A program made the position numbers and the translations under genes. A model generated the notes under the pieces. The model saw nothing but the letters and a program-made list of their open reading frames with translations, was not told the origin of the DNA and did no database searches. Shown here in pieces: positions 61,201 through 64,000 of a DNA stretch of 64,000 nucleotides (the stretch's first letter is position 1; the number at the start of each line of letters is the position of its first letter). The DNA lies in assembly GCA_030704615.1 (NCBI GenBank), contig CM060734.1:51336001-51400000 (forward strand), given 5' to 3'. The stretch is from Takakia lepidozioides (taxonomy: Eukaryota; Plantae; Bryophyta).

Positions 61201-63336
61201 GGATATGTACAAAGTAACATTGCAGAAAAAATCCCAGGGGAAATCTCTCTTAGAAACCTGTAGTGAGAAAAGAGGGCCCCTAACTATCTATACTGCACAT
61301 TCAGAGTTGTAACCAAATTACACACCACAACCGCCGCAGCGGAAGTGAAGACAGTCATGGCGCGCTCCCGTTGATCTCATGAAGAGTGGTGATTGCATGT
61401 GCTCATGTGATTCTCTTTGTACACAACTAATCATCCACAGCGTGAGTATGCCCATGAGGGTTACCAAGTACAAGCATTTGTTATGGCTGCAACACCTTTG
61501 AATTTGTTTGATCAAGTTGTGCAGTAGCTTACCCGGCCCCTCTCCTCCTCTTATCTTTTCTCCTCACTCTTATGTTCTTTCTGAGAACCATCACAGGGCT
61601 GGTTCACATTCTCTGTTTAGCCATGCATCCTAAGTGGGCCTTATCATCTCTGGAGTTGATCTTATTTGTGCACTCAAGCTCACCATCTACTCTGTTTTCT
61701 CTCATCTCACTCTGTATAGAAGAGATATACTGACAGCCACCCACCAGCTACTTATGGAGTCATCACGAGCTCTTAAACATTCTCCCACCATCACTAACTT
61801 TCTGGCTTCACCGTCACTGGACTATCTCTCGTCCCCAAATTGCAAGTTCCATGGACATGAATGGATATAGAATTACTCAGGCTGACTGTGGTTTGTGCAA
61901 TCTAATGTGCAGGGCAGGGTATGATTACACTCGACAGAAATCTGGTCATTTCTTTCTGTTACCTCATCTCTTAAGGCCTACTTCATCTCACTCAGGCGAC
62001 GGGCTATCCCACTACAACTTCATGCATTCAGTCCCAACACTGCACAAATTTGGTAAATGCAACATTTCCTCCCCTCCTAGCCTCTCTTACTCTACTTTGT
62101 TCCAGACTGTAGATTCCATGGACCTGACAGGGCAGCACCACTCCAGTCTATAATTTCACTCACCTAACCATATACAGGGTACCACGGAAATCTGACATGC
62201 GATTGCAGATTAAGTTGTCGTCAACAACATCTTAAAATGCAGGGCATACTTCAATGGCTCCACCAGTTTTCATCTTTAACAATGCAAAAACAAACTGAAC
62301 TATGCATGGCAATGGTGGTGCTACCTGAAGGAGACTCTGTTCAGCGCTGTCCGTCTCCAAATCCACTGCTCGCATGGTGCCTCCCACTTGTGCCTTGTCC
62401 TTCAACGCCCGCAAAGACAGCGTTGTGTTGGATTGGCGCTCCCGGGTATTCACGGCCACCTGCTTTGTTACGACCTCCTGCACAGGAGTAACATCAGTGC
62501 CTGGCATGCCTTCCTCCTCTCTTATAGGTGGCATTCTTTCCATCCCAACCTCACGCAAAAGGGGAAGTTCCAAAAGCTCCTCCAACTGCTTTTCCACAGA
62601 CGGCTCCGCAACTCCCCTATTCTGCAACCCTTCGCCAGCAGATCCCTCCCCTTCACGGTCACTCTCCCCCTCGGAAAGATCAAGCGCCCTCCAAGTCTTC
62701 CTCATTCTCTCTCTGGCTTTCAACCTCTGCCTCGCCGACGTGTAGTAAAGAGACTTCCTACGCGTCCTCTTCTTTGCACTAACAATGACGTTCTTGGGAG
62801 GCTCCAGTGTGAATAGTTCGAAATGACACTAACGGGACACTCATCCAACACTCCATTAGGGTCCACGAAACGGATGGATGGATGGCGGTTGGGGTTTCAT
62901 CTCCGAAATCATCCGTTTAGGATTATCCCAAAAAACAGAGACGGCTCTTAATTGACTTGTTCAAATTGTGGCTGGGGGGGTTGTCTGCTGTGCAACTTGG
63001 GAATGGCCAACTGGCATGGACCATCATTGCCGGTCTGGGCCCTTTTAGTGGAACCTCTGCATGGACACCACGTACCCGTGGGTGTCAGTTGGTGTTTCAC
63101 CAACATAGAGGTCGTTATGGAATGGGCTGCGGGTTTGTCCGAGGGAAATATGTCATTGTCAGAAAATTGAACACACCCTCGTAATTCTTAATACTGCTGA
63201 GCTGTTTTTAGGGCGGCGAAACGCTGCAAGATTATCATGAGAATGATGGAAAAGAGAACATACATTGTGCGAAGATAAACAGTATGAACACAGAATAGGA
63301 GTCCCCCACATTGTCCAGTGTGCTTCATCCCAGTCC

Positions 63337-64000
63337 ATGCGTACCATGTCTCCCACCTCAGACGTGGTACCACTGTACTCCCCTCTACAAGCCGAGTACC
63401 TGAGCGCCGTGGCCGACGACAATGGCCTGGCCGTTGTTGAGGAGGATTTGATTTGCATAACATTCCGCTTTGAGCCAGGGACCGTCCATGTGGTCAGAGA
63501 GGTGTACGACAGTAGTGGGAAGGTCGAGGGAACGCAGGTTCAGAAGCCGCATAAACGGGATGGTCGAAGAGAGTGGAGAGTTCCACCCGCCAAGTACCGC
63601 GTTCATGGAGATCAGAGACGCCTTTCATCGGACACTATACTCACGCCCGGAACAGCAGCTTCGGTGGCGCAGGCGCCAAAGTCGGTCCCCATCAAGACAG
63701 AAGAAACTACCTCCACGACATTTGTCGAGCTCTCGGACAGTTCGGAAGACGATGTCACGGAGGTCCCTCTTCCTACGAACCCTCCTATACTGGTAGACCC
63801 CAATGTCCAGGAGATCATTAGTGTCATTCCCAAGTTGCAGTCGTTGAGAGGATTGCCAGGATGCAAGAGCGATGTGAGAGGCATTGTTTGGGAAACACAG
63901 CGGATCCAAAGAGCAAAATTTCTACCCCCTTACTTTAATGGAGACATCGTTTTTGAACTGCCACCTCCGACGTCATGTGGAGGTTTGGCTGGACTCATGG
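63337..64000 (+). CDS. Open reading frame running off the right edge, probably transposon-encoded (family unresolved)
   Basis: 221 open codons from ATG 63337 with no stop (absent from the ORF track): MRTMSPTSDVVPLYSP...FVELSDSSEDD...RIQRAKFLPPYFNGDIVFELPP...GLM. TE origin is inferred from the intronless GC-rich context and a remembered motif, not verified. Confidence 0.5.
   Translation, partial: MRTMSPTSDVVPLYSPLQAEYLSAVADDNGLAVVEEDLICITFRFEPGTVHVVREVYDSSGKVEGTQVQKPHKRDGRREWRVPPAKYRVHGDQRRLSSDTILTPGTAASVAQAPKSVPIKTEETTSTTFVELSDSSEDDVTEVPLPTNPPILVDPNVQEIISVIPKLQSLRGLPGCKSDVRGIVWETQRIQRAKFLPPYFNGDIVFELPPPTSCGGLAGLM

Overview
Eukaryotic nuclear DNA from a land plant, most likely a seed-free lineage with flagellated sperm. 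This is inferred from GT-AG introns, a PLS-class PPR gene and two motile-cilium genes (WDR92, LRRC46-like); the species cannot be determined. Host genes in order: a 4-coumarate:CoA ligase-like gene (-, runs off the left edge), a PLS-E PPR gene whose DYW domain has decayed, BUD31, HOS15/TBL1, a deoxynucleoside kinase, WDR92, an LRRC46-like gene, and two intronless paralogues with a long acidic disordered N-terminus, a degenerate F-box-like segment and an F-box-associated propeller-type domain. Mobile DNA is abundant. The most notable item, missed by the ORF track, is a decayed, intron-containing tyrosine-recombinase (Crypton-like) gene at ~5.96-10.2 kb. It is flanked by palindromes and split by a solo LTR that itself contains a non-autonomous CACTA element. 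Also present: a near full-length degenerate two-ORF LINE, an internally deleted Ty1/copia element with LTRs, PBS, PPT and TSD, many fragments of a second non-LTR family (including ~64-76 bp inserts with their own TSDs), and a TE-like ORF running off the right edge. Exon boundaries were read by eye and family assignments rest on motif recognition, not database searches.
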